64,000 bases of DNA from the human T2T-CHM13v2.0 reference genome, Homo sapiens. How positions within the stretch are numbered: position 1 is the stretch's first letter; every line of letters begins with the position of its first letter. The position numbers and the translations under genes are program-made. The notes below the pieces were generated by a model. It searched no databases. It was not told where the DNA came from and saw only the letters and a program-made list of their open reading frames with translations. The stretch is taken from the NCBI RefSeq assembly GCF_009914755.1, contig NC_060944.1; one strand, given 5' to 3'. This document shows positions 14,886 through 28,817 of the stretch, one piece after another.

Positions 14886-15899
14886 CCATCCATTTAATAA
14901 AAGCAAAGGTAGGACTAGAGAAGATAATGACTAAAATCTTATTTTTATAGTAGTATCTCTTTATAGATACTGGCTGCCCTGTTGACCATTAGTGGCCTAG
15001 GCATTGAAGATGCAACATATCCAATTTAAAGAGTTTCTATTTCCCTCCATTCCCTGGAGCATTATCCATCTTGAGTAGCTCTGTGACTTATCAGTGGGAA
15101 AGTACAGAGATACTTATTTACATCATGGACTCCTCATGATTTTCTAACTTCCAAATTATCTTTCTTATTGGAAATATAATTTTTTAATGGCAATTATCCC
15201 TAGCTATCCTACATTGAGAAATATGTACCTAGTCCAGTTGTGAATGGTGAACTATGGAGACGATGGCATTCACTCCTGAGAGGTAAGACTTAAGTTTTAT
15301 ATGTAAGTCTCAGGGGCAGAAATGTGAGATATGAAGAGATGGATAAAGAGTCTGTAGAGGAGGTTTATTCCAAGTTCCCCCTTACAATCAGATATGAAGA
15401 GCCCAGAGAGAGAGAAGAAGATCGCAAGGCATGAGCTGAAATGAGGGATTTGGATGGGGTTTGGCCAGCTGGATCATGGCAGAGTTTGGGAAGGAGGCAG
15501 AGGTAATGCTTTGGAGCCCAAGTAACAACGTTTTTCATGGAACATAGAATGTGGCTTTCATGAAATAAGAACAGAATGGAACACGGCATATGCCCGTCAG
15601 TAGCCTTGGACTTCAACAGCAGTTGAATGACTAGGCAAAATGCCTCTTGGGGGCACAATACTCACTTATAGGGCTAGGCATCCATGATTCTGATGCAAGC
15701 ACTTGTCACATGCCTTATGGGTACCAAACACTGATGAAATGACCGGAAGAAGATTTCTACAGATTCAATGGATAACCCAGAATAATTGCATGACCTTTAG
15801 CGCCCTGCATTTATGTAGGTGGGGGCAAGGGGCAGCAAGTTTTGGTGTTAAAATAAAGGTTTAACCTACAGGCTGGTGATGTCAAAATATTTGGGTTTC

Positions 15900-16640
15900 A
15901 ATTATTAAAATTAAATTGAAACAAAATATCACCATGATGTGCTACTGTATCTAAGAGAATGGCTGTGATGAAAAAGGACAGATAATACCAAGTGTTGACA
16001 AGGATAAAATGCAACAGAAACTCTCACAGAATGTTGATAGGAATGTAAATTTGTACAACCACTGTTGGCCAGTGCCCACTAATGCAGAATCTATGCATAT
16101 TCTTTGACCCAGCACTTCTGCTCCTAGATATAAACTCAATAGAAATATGTACCTATGTTCACCAAAAGATGTAGAGAAAAAAAGTTCATGGCACTGCTAC
16201 TTGCAATAGGCAAAAACTGAAGACAACACAAATGGCCATCAAATGATCAAATGGATAAATAAATTCTGAAATGGTCACACATGAAATAGTATAGAACAAT
16301 GAGAATCAACAACTTGCAGCCACATTCAATAATCTGAATGAAGCCCACAAACTTCATATTGACCAAGAAGAGAACATAAGAGGACACGTGATATAATTCC
16401 ATTTACATAAAATTCAAAAACAGGCAAAAGGAAACAGTGCTGTCAGAAGTGAAGATAATTGGTTATCTTGAGAGAAATAGGCAATGGTATCTAAAAGCGG
16501 AATGAGGGGTTTTGGAGAGGATGGCTATGCTCTGGTTCTTGATCTGGATGCTGGTTACGTGGCTGTTTTTAGGTTATGAAAATTCATAGAGTTGCACACT
16601 TTTGTACACTATCTGCAGGTACATTATATTGGAATTAAAC
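15900..16640 (+). mobile_element. L1ME-type 3' end
   Basis: gataataccaagtgttgacaagga ... ctttgacccagcacttctgctcctagatat ... ttccatttacataaaattcaaaaacaggcaaaa. Confidence 0.75.
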
Positions 16641-17516
16641 ATTAAGTGAAAGTAATATGATGTGATAAAAATGTGGTTGTTTTATGAAGAGTTGACACTC
16701 TGTGTCTTCATTGCTGAACTAGTAAATTATGATCTCTGAGTTTTAGCTTTCTCGTTTTAAAAATGGGGATAATGCTATCTGTTCTGTCTATTTATATGGT
16801 TAATTTAAAAATCAAGTGAGTTAATGGGCATTATAAAAAAAGAAGCTCTGTAAACGGTGTAAATGTATACACATGGAAGTTATCCTTATTGGAACAAAAG
16901 CAAAAGAGGATTTTCATTTTAATTTTTAAGTGATTTTGCACTGTTAAGGAATACCTCCCTTTGGCAAATGATAGTAATTGTAAGTGTTTTGGATCAAGTT
17001 TTAAGAAGCAGGTTTGTCAATTATATAATAGTCTTTAATGTACCCAAATTGTTGCTTTTGTTTCAGAAAACAGAAAATTACATGATAGCTTGTAAACGGC
17101 ACATTCAATTTCACACGCTGAGAATGCTTGAAAAGTGAAAGGTCCACATATAATGCAGGAACTCAAATTTAATGGCATCAAATGATACATAATTTGATTC
17201 GTTCGACCACATTTCCAGAAATTAATCACTGAGTGTCAGCGTCTTTATGTCCTTCATGACTCGGTACATCAAAAGAAATCTGCCCTTTTCTGCCATTGCA
17301 CTACTAATCAGTAATAGTTAGTTCTTTCCATTTAGCATTTCAATCCTATGTTCAGCATCTGGAAACATTTTTAAAGGTTAGACTGCTACTCCCCTATTCA
17401 ATTTAGTAAAGTTTCAAAAACCATAATGAGCTTTCTTTTTGTACCTCCCAACATGCTTAGAATCACCTTTAGAAATCAATGGAAACTTTGCATGTTAGAG
17501 TAAAAATTGAAAGTAA

Positions 17517-17853
<337 letters not shown>

Positions 17854-17869
17854 TGATGTTTCTTTAGAT

Positions 17870-18112
17870 CAGGGTTTCCCAACAGCATCACAATGGAACT
17901 TTGAGGATGACTATGATTATGTGCATTGTCTTGTGCCTTGTAGAATGTTTAGCAGCATTCCTGGCCTCCAAGTACCTGATGCCAGTAGCACTTCTCCCAC
18001 AGCTGTGACAAGCAAAACCAAATATTTCCAGCTATTGCCAAATATCCTCGGTGGCGGAGGGTGGGGCAAGTGTTGGATAGTCTGTAAAATCTCCTCCAAT
18101 TGAGAATCACTG
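17870..18112. mobile_element. MER20 (hAT-Charlie)
   Basis: gtagaatgtttagcagcattcctggcctc...gatgccagtagcac...ttgagaatcactg. Confidence 0.8.
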
Positions 18113-20049
18113 TTGTCGATGAGTATCTGCTAGCACCTTTGTCTTCAGATCTGCTTCCGCACATCTACACCTTCATGCAATTTCTTCCAGACTTTCTGGA
18201 AATCATCTGCATCTAAGGTGCCTTGATCAGAGAGCACACACGTAGCCTGATGGTTTGGCAAACCCGTATTTTTGCCTTGTTCACTGGGTGCAGTGGGTCA
18301 CTGTCTACTATGTCCACCTTCAGAGCATACCTCTGTTGAAGGTATTAAAATGTGAGAGGGTCAGAGAGGGCAGTAAAGACAATATAGGAAAGAAGGCAAT
18401 CCTTGAGGAGAATAAGGTAATATTCAGGTGTGCCTGAGAAAGACCTTCATGATGCTATGCTGTGTGTCTCTGCGTATCTGGTGCATACTGGTGTAAGAGT
18501 CCCTTACACATTCAGGTGCAAGAGGGATGACTTCCAATTACCAGCAAATAAGATTCTTTGCCTTTTCTTTTTCTTTTCTTTTTTTCCGGCCACAGAACCA
18601 TGTGCAGCTCATGAGCAGGGACTGAATGTAGGTGCTAGGAAACTAGTTTTCTGAGAACAACCCACAGTCTTTGATGGATGGAAACTGGCAGATAATGCTT
18701 TCAGCTCTCTTGTCCCTTGATGAATGGGAGTTAGTAAATAATGATTCCAGCTCCCTCCACCTTTCATCAGGATCATCAGGATATCCCTGCCAGTTCCCCC
18801 AAGCAGGATTGAGCTCCAGCTGGCCACAGTGGTAACATGGTGGCCTCCTCTTGTTTGTTTCACTTCCCTACTTCGCTACAGAGTTTCCTCTGATCATTGC
18901 AGAATAAATTGCTTTCCCTTGAATCCTGTTTAGGCGGTTGGTTCTGAGGAAAACTAATGCAAGAGGATGTGGTGGGATATGGATTTGTGCTGTTACATTG
19001 GGCTCCTGTATGCCCCAAGACCGTGAAGATCATCTTGAGAGAATCCAAATCCATTGGGCTTCTCCTGGTCCAAGTATTATGTGCTCAGAAAGAATACTTT
19101 CTCCAGTTACACACAAGAGAATTTAGTCTTTTCTTCCTTGCTAGGATTTGCAAAACAATACATATTTTCAAAGAGTAAACAACATAACATAACTAGATGA
19201 TGTTTTCTTAGTCTATTTTGTCATTTACTCAGATAGGCACAAAATGTTGCATGGTAATTCAAAGCTCTTTTAATCTTATAAGGTTATATTCTAGGAACAA
19301 ATAATTTACAATGGCTGTATAATGGGGAAAAGATAATTCTATAGGATTCTGAAACACCAAAGACACAAAATAAGTCATCCTAGAGGAGGAAATGCACTTG
19401 TTTTACTTTTTAAACATAGTTTACTCATATTTCCAGTTGATAAAATATAATGCCTTTTACTCTAATGTCCAAGTTTGAGAATCTCTCCACATACAACTCT
19501 TTAGGATGTTCACATCAAAATTCAACCAGAAATGATTTTACAGGATGAATTGAGCTGATTGTGAAAAAGTGCAGTGAAAAATGTATATGCGAACTACAAA
19601 TATTGAATGGACAATGAGTGGTAGGAAGGGAACATGTATCAATATTGTATGCCTATGAGGACTTACTTATTTAATCTTTTTGAAATTAGGTTGTCTTAAA
19701 ACATTTTTGGAACTCAAGACAAAGCATAAAGCCTTTTAAACATATTGCATCTGTTTACTGACTGCTTACTTGAGCAAAGATTACATTCATTTTTATTATT
19801 TATTCATATAACCAAGTTTAAACAGGGGTTTTAAAAGTATAAAAAAGACTGAACCATAAAATATAGTTCCAAACAATAGGATACTAATAAAACTTAAAGG
19901 CAAGACATTTAGTTTGGGAAAAAAAAAGATATTCAACACTGCAATAACTAAGAATGTTTTGGAATGAGAGCAACTGTAATGGACAGAATAAAACATGGTG
20001 GGGCTAATTGCATAAAGCACTATGCGTAGTAGATTGAATATGCTAATAC

Positions 20050-20465
20050 CGGTATCCATTCCCTTCAGTAGTGTCCTCCCACCTTGACTCTGGGCTTGTC
20101 CTTGGGAATTGCTTTGGCCAATGAGACAGTGGAAACTTGATGCAATCAGACTTGAACGTGTACTTCCTGCTCCACATGGTCTCTCATGCTCCAGCAGGCT
20201 AGCCTGGCTTTGTTCTCAGAGCAGTGGCAGCCTTCCAAGAGAGACCACATGGAGCAGAATGAGTTGTTTCACCTGAGGCTGTCCTAGACCAACTAGCCTC
20301 CAGGTACCCACCCACTAAATGTCAAAGTTTGAGAGAACCTAGGAGAGATTAATGGAGACTGGCCGAGAAACAAAACTTTCCAGCAGATCCACAGGCATAA
20401 TGGAAGTAATAAAGATGATTTCAAAGCCACTAAGTCTTGAAGTACTCAGCAATATTAAGTATACC
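20050..20465 (+). mobile_element. MLT1-type MaLR LTR
   Basis: ccttgactctgggcttgtcc...ttgctttggccaatg...aagccactaagt. Confidence 0.6.
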
Positions 20466-20684
20466 TACTAGGTACAGATAATGAATAATCCCTGGAGTAG
20501 AAAATAAGATGGGAAATATTTGTTAAGCATGTGGGTTAGCCTTCATACTTGTCATTCAGGGTACTGGACACGAGAGTTAACACATCAAATAAATATAAGC
20601 ATGATGAAAAGGTTTCCTGACCCACTGTCAGAGGCACTTTCTCTGTTAGGAGATTTGCTAAACAATTATAAAGTTAAAAAATCT

Positions 20685-21165
20685 TTGGGACCAACTTGGG
20701 CCTTCAGAATTGATACAAAAATTATTTTAAAATAAAGATATTTGAGATTCAACAGATACAGAAAGGCAGCTTCCCAGGGCTTCCCTTATCTCAGTAAAAA
20801 CAAAAATTCTGGGAATGAGGCTGCTATAAATCCCCTCTCTGAGGGAGTTTTATGGCTATGAAGAAAAAAATGGAGAAGGCCATTTGGACTTGCATAAACA
20901 AACAGTATCACGAACTTTTATCTCCCATTGGTTTTCCTAGAAACCCATTGGTTTTTCCCACAGAAGCCTTTTCTCCACACACCATAAAATTATGTATATA
21001 AACCCTCATCTTTAACTATTTATAGAGCCACAACTTTCGTGCATTCCCACATGCATATGGATAAACTTTGTTTATTTTCCTGCGAATATGTCAGTTTCAG
21101 TTTAGTTCACATGTCCGCAAACACTGAACTTAAGAGGGTAGAGACAAAGTTTTTCTTCCTCAGTA
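20685..21165 (+). mobile_element. MER34/MER39-like LTR
   Basis: ataaactttgtttattttcctg...ctgaacttaagagggtagagacaaagtttttcttcctc. Confidence 0.55.
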
Positions 21166-21226
21166 GAACACATACAGAAGTGCCAGTACTTAACAGTTCA
21201 AGTGCTGAGACTAAATTCTCACCTGG

Positions 21227-21525
21227 AGGCTGGGCATGATGTGGCTCAGACCTCTAATCCTAGCACTTTGGGAGGCTAGTGCTGATCCCTTGAGCTCAGG
21301 AGTTTGAGATAAGCTTGGGCAACCCCGGCGAGAGCCATGATGAAACCCTGTCTCTACAAAAAAATTAAAAAATTAGCTGGGAGTGGTGGTCTGCACCTGT
21401 GGTCCCAGTTACCTGGGAGGCTGCGGGCCAGGTGGAGGTCTCAGTAAGCTGAGATCGCGCCACTGCACTCCAGCCTGGGTGACAGTGAGACCCTGTCTCA
21501 AAAAATAAAAAAAAAAAAAAAAAGA
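21227..21525 (+). mobile_element. AluJ-type, internally deleted
   Basis: Diverged dimer, gagctcaggagtttgagat, A-rich tail. Confidence 0.85.
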
Positions 21526-21952
21526 GGAAAAAATCCTTACTTGGAATCATTCATGTTACATTTGAACCCATGGCCATATTAATCAAAGCACTGACATTTT
21601 ATCAGCGATTATTACTTTTATTAAAATATACCAGTGATGTACATATACCATGTATGCTTTTTATGCTACAGCACCAGTATGCCTCAGCATGATTTTTAGA
21701 TGATGTTGGTTTTAAATAAGGAAAATGTAGAATAATTGCCACAGATTTCATACTTGCCACAGATTTCATAATATCAAAGTTCTGATCATGCTTTTCTAAA
21801 TATGTAAATAAGTGAGACTAGCAATTCTTAAACTTTGCTACATATTAGAATCACCTAAAGACCTTTAAAAAGACTCTCAATGCCCTGGCAGCACCCCAGA
21901 ACAAATATGCTGGAATTATGGGACTGTGATACAGATATCAAAAATGTTTTGT

Positions 21953-22045
21953 TTGAACCTGGGAGGCGGAGGTTGCAGTAAGCCAAGGTCGCGCCATTGC
22001 ACCCCAGCCTGGGGCATAAGAGCGAAACTCCGTCTCAAAAAAAAT
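21953..22045 (+). mobile_element. 5'-truncated Alu (right-arm end) inside a MER5A-like element (~21820-22100)
   Basis: ttgaacctgggaggcggaggttgcag...gcgaaactccgtctcaaaa; flanks catattagaatcacct and aattccaatgtgcagccaagtttgagaat. Confidence 0.8.
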
Positions 22046-22109
22046 ATTCAAGTTTCTCAGGTAATTCCAATGTGCAGCCAAGTTTGAGAATCAACAACTT
22101 AGTCCTAGA

Positions 22110-22350
22110 TCTGTGCTTTCCAATACAATAGCCATGAGTCACACGTGGCTAGTAAGTATTTGATATATGGCTGGTCTGAATCAAGATGAGCTGTAAGTAG
22201 AAAATACACACCAGATTTTGAAGACGTAGTGTAAAAAAATGTAAAATATCTTGTTAATAATTTTTTACACTTGCTACATGTTGAAATAATAATATGTTGA
22301 TATTTGGGTTAAATACATTATTAATTTCTTCTGTTTTGTTTTACTTTTTT
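22110..22350. mobile_element. MER33-like element, left part (right part 24295-24390)
   Basis: gtaagtagaaaatacacaccagattttgaagac; resumes gctactagtggaaaatgtaaaattacttatgtaactcacatt after the L1. Confidence 0.7.
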
Positions 22351-22426
22351 GTTTCATTTTTGTTTTCTTTTATTGTATGCAAATATTGTGTATAGTTCTA
22401 TGATCATATATAGATAATTTTGTATC

Positions 22427-24294
22427 TTATTATTATTTTTTATTATTTTGCTCTAAGTTCTGGGATATATGTGCAGAACGTGCAGGTTTGTAACATAGGT
22501 ATACATGTGCCATGGTGGTTTGATGCACCCATCAACCCGTTATCTATCTACATTAGGTATTTCTCCTAATGCTATCCCTCCCCTAGCCCCCCGCCCCGAC
22601 AGGCTCCAGTGTGTGGTGTTCCCCTCCCTGTGTCCACGTGTTCTTATTGTTCAACTCCCACTTATGAGTGAGAACATGCAGTGTTTGGTTTTCTGTTCCT
22701 GTGTTAGTTTGCTGAGAATGATGGTTTCCAGCTTCATCTATGTCCCTCAAAGGACATGAACCCATCTTTTTTTATGGCAGCATAGTATTCCACATGGTGT
22801 ATATGTGCCACATTTTCTTTATCCAGTCTATCATTGATGGGCATTTGGGTTGATTTCAAGTCTTTGCCATTGTGAATAGTGCTGCAATAAACATACGTGT
22901 GCATGTGTCTTTATAGTAGAATGATTTATAATCCTTTGGGTATATACCCAGTAATGGGATTGTGGGGGCAAATGGTATTTCTGGTTCTAGATCCTTGAGG
23001 AATTTCCACACTGTCTTCCATAATGGTTGAGCTAATTTATACTTCCACCAACAGTGTAAAAGCATTTCTATTTCTTCACATCCTCTCCAGCATCTGTTGT
23101 TTCCTGACTCTTTAATGATCGCCATTCTAACTGGTGTGAGATGGTATCTCAGTGTGGTTTTGATTTCCATTTCTTTAATGACCAGTGATGATGAGCTTTT
23201 TTTCATATGTTTGTTGGCTGCATAAATGTCTCCTTTGGAGAAGTGTCTGTTCATATCCTTTGCCCACTTTTTGATGGGGTTATTTGTTTTTTTCTTGTAA
23301 ATTTGTTTATGTTCTTTGTAGATTCTGGATATTAGCCCTTTGTCAGATGGATAGATTGCAAAAATTTTCTCCCATTCTGTAGGTTGCCTATTCACTCTGA
23401 TGATAGTTTCTTTTGCTGTGCAGAAGTTCTTTAGTTTAATTAGATCCCATTTGTCAATTTTGGCTTTCGTTGTCATCGCTTTTGGTGTTTTTAGTCATGA
23501 AGTCCTTGCCCATGCCTATGTCCTGAATGGTATTGCCTTGGTTTTTTTCTAGGGTTTTTATGAGTTTAGGTCTTATGTTTAGGTCTTTAATCCATCTTGA
23601 AATAATTTTTGTAAAAGGTGTAAGGAAGGGGTCCAGTTTCAGTTTTCTGCATATGGTTAGCCAATTTTCCCAACAACATTTATTAAATAGGGAATCCTTT
23701 CCCCATTGCTTGTTTTTGTCAGGTTTGTCAAAGATCAGGTAGTTGTAGATGTGTGGCATTATTTCTGAGGCCTCTGTTCTGTTCCAGTGGCCTATATATC
23801 TGTTTGGGTACCAGTACCAGGCTGTTTTGGTTGCTGTAGCCTTGTAGTATAGTTTGAAGTCAGGTAGCGTGATGCCTCCAGCTTTGTTCTTTTTGCTTAA
23901 GATTGTCTTGGCTATGCGGGCTCTTTTTTGGTTCCATATAAAATTTAAAGTAGTTTTTTTCTAATTCTGTGAAGAAGATTAGTGGTAACTTGATGGGGAT
24001 AGTATTGAATCTATAAATTACTTTGGGCAGTATGGCCATTTTCACGATCTTGATTCTTCATCCATGAGCATGGAATGTTTTTCCATTTGTTTGTGTCCTC
24101 TCTTACTCCCTTGAGCAATGGCCTGTAGTTCTCCTTGAAGAGTTCCTTCACATCCCTTGTGAGTTGTGTTCCTAGGTATTTTATTCCTTTGTAGCAATTG
24201 TAAATGGGAGTGCACTCATGATTTGGCTCTCTATTATTGGTGTATAGGAATGCTTATGATTTTTGCACATTGATTTTGTATCCTGAGACTTTGC
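22427..24294 (-). mobile_element. 5'-truncated L1PA (L1PA7/8-like), ~1.87 kb of frameshifted ORF2 3' half plus 3'UTR
   Basis: ORFs 22856-23476, 23454-23759 and 23860-24045 are L1 ORF2 peptides ([32 protein letters not shown]). Confidence 0.95.
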
Positions 24295-24547
24295 TTTTTA
24301 AAATGCTACTAGTGGAAAATGTAAAATTACTTATGTAACTCACATTTGCGGCTCACATTTTTTTTTCCCATTAAACAGCAGTAATCCAGACTGCCCCACT
24401 AAACTAGAATATGATGTATGGAAATACTTATTCTAATATTCATGTGATTTTACAAAAACTGATTTAATGAAGTATGTGTTTACATTCTAGAAAACTGGAT
24501 TTAATGTTTTATAGGAGGTTCATTTTCAAAGAAAAACTGTACAGCCA

Positions 24548-24865
24548 GGCTGGGTGGCTTATGCCTATAATCCCAGCGCTTTGGGAGGGCAAGGCAGGTG
24601 GATCACGAGGTCAGGGGTTTGAGACCAGCCTGCCCAACATGGTGAAACCCTGTCTCTACTAAAAATACAAAAATTTCGCTGGGTGTGGTGGCAGGCCCCT
24701 GTAATCCCAGCTACTTGGGAGGCAGAGGCAGGAGAATTGCTTGAGCCCAGGAGGTGGGAGACAGAGGTTGCAGTGAGCGGAGACCACACCACTGCACTCC
24801 AGCATGGGCAACAGAGTGAGACTGTCTCAAAAAAAAAAAAAAAAAAAAGGAAAAGAAAAGAAAAG
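24548..24865 (+). mobile_element. Alu (S-type)
   Basis: Dimer with poly(A); TSD aaagaaaaactgta on both sides. Confidence 0.95.
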
Positions 24866-25192
24866 AAAAACTGTAAGCCAATAGTGGGTTTCTTGTCCTG
24901 CTTTTGTTGTTGCTTATGCAAAATAATTTATATGCATTTAATTGTTATGATTACACTCAATTTAGTATTTTAAATGTTGCACTTACGTAAAGTTAACATA
25001 CAATTCAAGTTACAGATGTCATTAAAATTTGCAAAAGTCATCTTATTGAAAAGTTGTGTGCCAACCAATCATATTTTGTTGAATAAAATCTTAAAGGAGA
25101 AAGGGAGATAGAACCTGTAAAAAAATAATCAATATTGTTCCTGCTAGCCATTTTATTAAATTTGGATTTTTTCATGATCAAATATTCTTCCA

Positions 25193-25641
25193 CAGATGCT
25201 CCTCAACTTACAATGGAGTAACAGCCCAATAAACCCATCGTAAGTTGAAAACATAATAAGTGGAAAATGCATTTAATATACCTAATCTATCAAACATAGT
25301 AGCTTAGCTTAGCCTATCTTAAACGTGTTCGTAACACTTCCATTAGCTTCGGGTTGGGCAAAGTCATCTAACACAAATACTATTTTATAATAAAGTGTTT
25401 AATATATCACATAATTTGTCAAATGTAGCACACTGTAGAGTATCAGTTGTTACCCTTGTGATCAAGTAGCTCACTGGGAGCTGTGGCTGACTTCTCAGCA
25501 TAGTGAGAGAATATCGAACCAAATATTGCTAGCCTGGGAACAGATCAAAATAAAAAATTCAAATTACAGTTTCTACTGAACTCACACCATCATAAAGTCA
25601 AAAAATTGTAAATCTAATCATTAAAAGTTGGGGACCATTTG
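25193..25641. mobile_element. MER47/Tigger5-like element
   Basis: cagatgctcctcaacttacaatgg...aataaacccatcgtaagttg start; aagttggggaccatttg end. Confidence 0.75.
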
Positions 25642-25915
25642 CAGTAAGAAACCCCTACATTACCTGTGATACTGATGTTGTTGAATTTTTTTGAATAGCA
25701 TAAGTAAAAAGAAAGACCATGAAAGGGAGAATGCTGCATATGAATAATGTATAGCTAATTCTGTTTTTAGTCTAATTTTAAACCATTTAGAGCTAGCACA
25801 TTGATTATATTTGCAAGGCACCATGCCAGGTTTATATATATATTTTTAAAACTCTGGCCCAGGATACATTTTAACTTATTTCCCATCTCCTAGTATCATC
25901 CTATTATTCATCAGA

Positions 25916-26369
25916 TATGGAGACAAAAGTGGCTCCATCTTGGATGCTAATCTGCAGTGTTAATTTCTGATCAGCCCTAGTCCCATGAATACCACCTGAT
26001 TGCTACTTTATTTACTGTCCCTAGTGTAAGAAACTGTGCTCCTGCTTTTAGAGCAAAGCAACCTTGATGTTATCATAAAAATTATAGGTTGTGACACACA
26101 TAGCATTCTTTCTTGTTTTGGAGAGTTGCCTTTCATTGTCTTGCTGGAATACGTATACATTTTCCCTATAGTAGATAAGCCTTGGGTATGGGGAGTAACA
26201 GGTGCAGAGATCTACTTGTCTTGTGGCTATCCAAGGACATTCTTCTGTCTCTAAGTCCCAGAATAAATCCACCAACACCGACAAACTAAATTTGTCTGCC
26301 TCCTCTTTGGCTTCTTGGCTCCTTTAGAATTTGGGGGTCACTTTGCTTATATGACTCTTTCATGGAACA
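25916..26369 (+). mobile_element. Solo LTR (LTR47-like)
   Basis: ggagacaaaagtggctccatcttggatgctaatc start, AATAAA, CA end; 5-bp TSD tcaga. Confidence 0.7.
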
Positions 26370-27979
26370 TCAGATGATAATTATCATCCACGGCTTGAGG
26401 CCATTTCTTTCAATTTCTAAAACATTGTATTTGTAGTACATACAAATACTTTAATTCCAGTTCCTTTAATTCCTAGCTTCCTTTAATTCCAGATACATTT
26501 ATTTCCCAGTCATTGTGGCAAAACTTTAATATATTCACAAATCTCATAATAAAATACCATCCTCATTATTTAAAATATACTAAAATGTGTATTTTCCCCA
26601 AATCATTTGTTTTTGCCACTCCTGGAGTTTGTTTGTACTTATGCATGGTGGAATATTTCGTTCTTAGCCAAAAGGAAAAAGGAGTCACCTTGTGACAACG
26701 CTGGTCATGGGACAAACATGATCGTCATCTTTGTCCACCTAGTTAATGGTTTCCAACTCAATCATTCATCACCCTTTCATAAATCTAAACCCCACCTTTT
26801 GTTATTTTCATGTTAGTTTTTATGTATTTGGTCATAAATCTTAAGTCAGAAAAATTACCTGTTATTTTTTGTTTTTCACTCTAAAGTCAAATCTGCCTTA
26901 AATGAAACAGCCGAGACAAATAATGAGGAAGAAAAGGAGAAACTGTTACATTTGAATGGATTGTGCTTCTCCTGCTTCACCCTCTCTTACTGTATTCCAT
27001 GAAAGTGAACTCAGAAGCAAAAGAGGGGAATGAGAATGTTGACTTGATATTTACCAACTTTGCTCAAAACATATTTATAAGATGCTCATGTATTTCATTG
27101 GCTTTCACCGTAAGAAAATATGAAAAGCTGGGAACCACTATGGAGACATGATTAGGAAAGTGAGCCCTCAGCATTAACTACCTGAGCAAGGTACAATTGG
27201 CCCAACCATTTATGTTCCCCTTAAGGCACTTGTCACAGTCTGCCTTAAATTACAGTTATAGTTATGCATTTTTCTGTTCTATTTGATAAATTCTCTGAGG
27301 GCAGGATGCTGCCTAGTACATAACAAATAGTAATATTTGTAGAATAAATGGAATATTTTAACCACTTTTGCATACTCCCCAAAACAATAAGCTCACCCAG
27401 AAGCCTATTCAACAAACACATTGATTGAGTGCTCTAGCATGCACCTACTCTGTGCTATTGGGAATTATTTCAAAAATAAGCTCTTTCCAGGTTTCTCCTT
27501 CCTAGTAGCAAGCAGAGTGAATTCGACTGGAACTTAAATTGGAGTAAACTGTTCAGATATGAATTCATATCTCTGCTTTGCATGTTTAGTGTTTGAGAGT
27601 ACAGCTAGAGTCTATCTTTAGTTAATGGCTCTTAAGGAATTTATTTGCAAGTAATTGCAATATTTATCACATTTTTAGTGTGTCAGAGCTAGGGACACCA
27701 AAATTTTCTTTTACCTCTTAAATCTGTTTTTTACATATTTATTACCCAGTGAACTGAGAAAAGGCTTTCAAAGTGCTAATATCTATCCTATCTCTTTGTC
27801 TGGTTTTTCCCTTCTGTGTTCATTCACAAGTAATAGTAGTTATCATTTACTCAGACTCTGCTATAAACTGGGTGCTTTATGCACTTGTGTTTAATTTTTT
27901 ACAGCCTCACAAATTAAAGATTATAATGCTTGTTTTTCAGATGAGAATTAATTTACATAATCTTCATAACCTTTCAAGG

Positions 27980-28817
27980 TGTATTAGTCAGAGTTCTCCA
28001 GAGAAACAGAGCCAACAGGATGGATATATATCTATATATCTATTTTAAATATATGTCAATTAAAAAAATTTCACCAAATTGAGTTTCAAATATCTGATTG
28101 GCTTTTATTAGCGATTCATGAACTGGGCAGCATCCAGTCTACAAAGTAGAAAGAAACTCTGATGAGCTAAACAGAGTGGGTGAGTTTTATGGGCAGAAAA
28201 AAGAAGAGAAAAGCAGAAATAAAGAACAAATAGAGGGTTGGTCATTTCAAGGTTACTTTTCTTCTACAGATGTAAGCAAAATCTTGTTGGCCTAGTTGGA
28301 TTCCACTGTTATCTCTCTTCTGATTTCTCACAAGGTCAAATCTTGCAAGTAAATAACGCAAGTTTTGGTTTGGTTATGTGACACTAGTATGAGTGACTCC
28401 ATTTTGAACCTGCTGTCTGTTTGTTTGTTTGTTTGTTTGCTTTTTGCAGTTTAAGAGAGAGAAAAGAGAGAAAGAGAGAGAAAGGTATTGGCTTATATGG
28501 TTGTGGAGGCTTGGCAACTCCAAAATCTTCAGAGTAGGTAGGCGGGCTGCAGGTCTAGGGAAAAGGCTGCAAGTCAATGGCTGTTTGCTGCCAGAATTCC
28601 TTCTTGCTTAGGGGAAGTCAGCATTTTTCTACTAAGGTCTTCAGCTGATTGGATGAAAATCATACACATTATTAAGAGTAATCAGCTTTCCTCAAAGTCT
28701 ACTGATTTCATTGTTAATCTCATCTAAAAAATACCTTCACTGAAACATCTAATGTTTGTCCAAATATCTGGATACCATGACCTAGCCAAGTTGACACATA
28801 AAACTTACCATTATACA
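27980..28817 (-). mobile_element. MLT2 (ERVL) LTR with a nested MER31/MER67-like LTR at ~28055-28455
   Basis: tgtattagtcagagttctccagagaaacagagccaacagg ... ctagccaagttgacacataaaa; insert carries gtgactccattttg. Confidence 0.7.

Noticed and set aside
22856-24045. 206-aa and 101-aa minus-strand ORFs
   Set aside because: Frameshifted L1 ORF2 remnants, not a host gene
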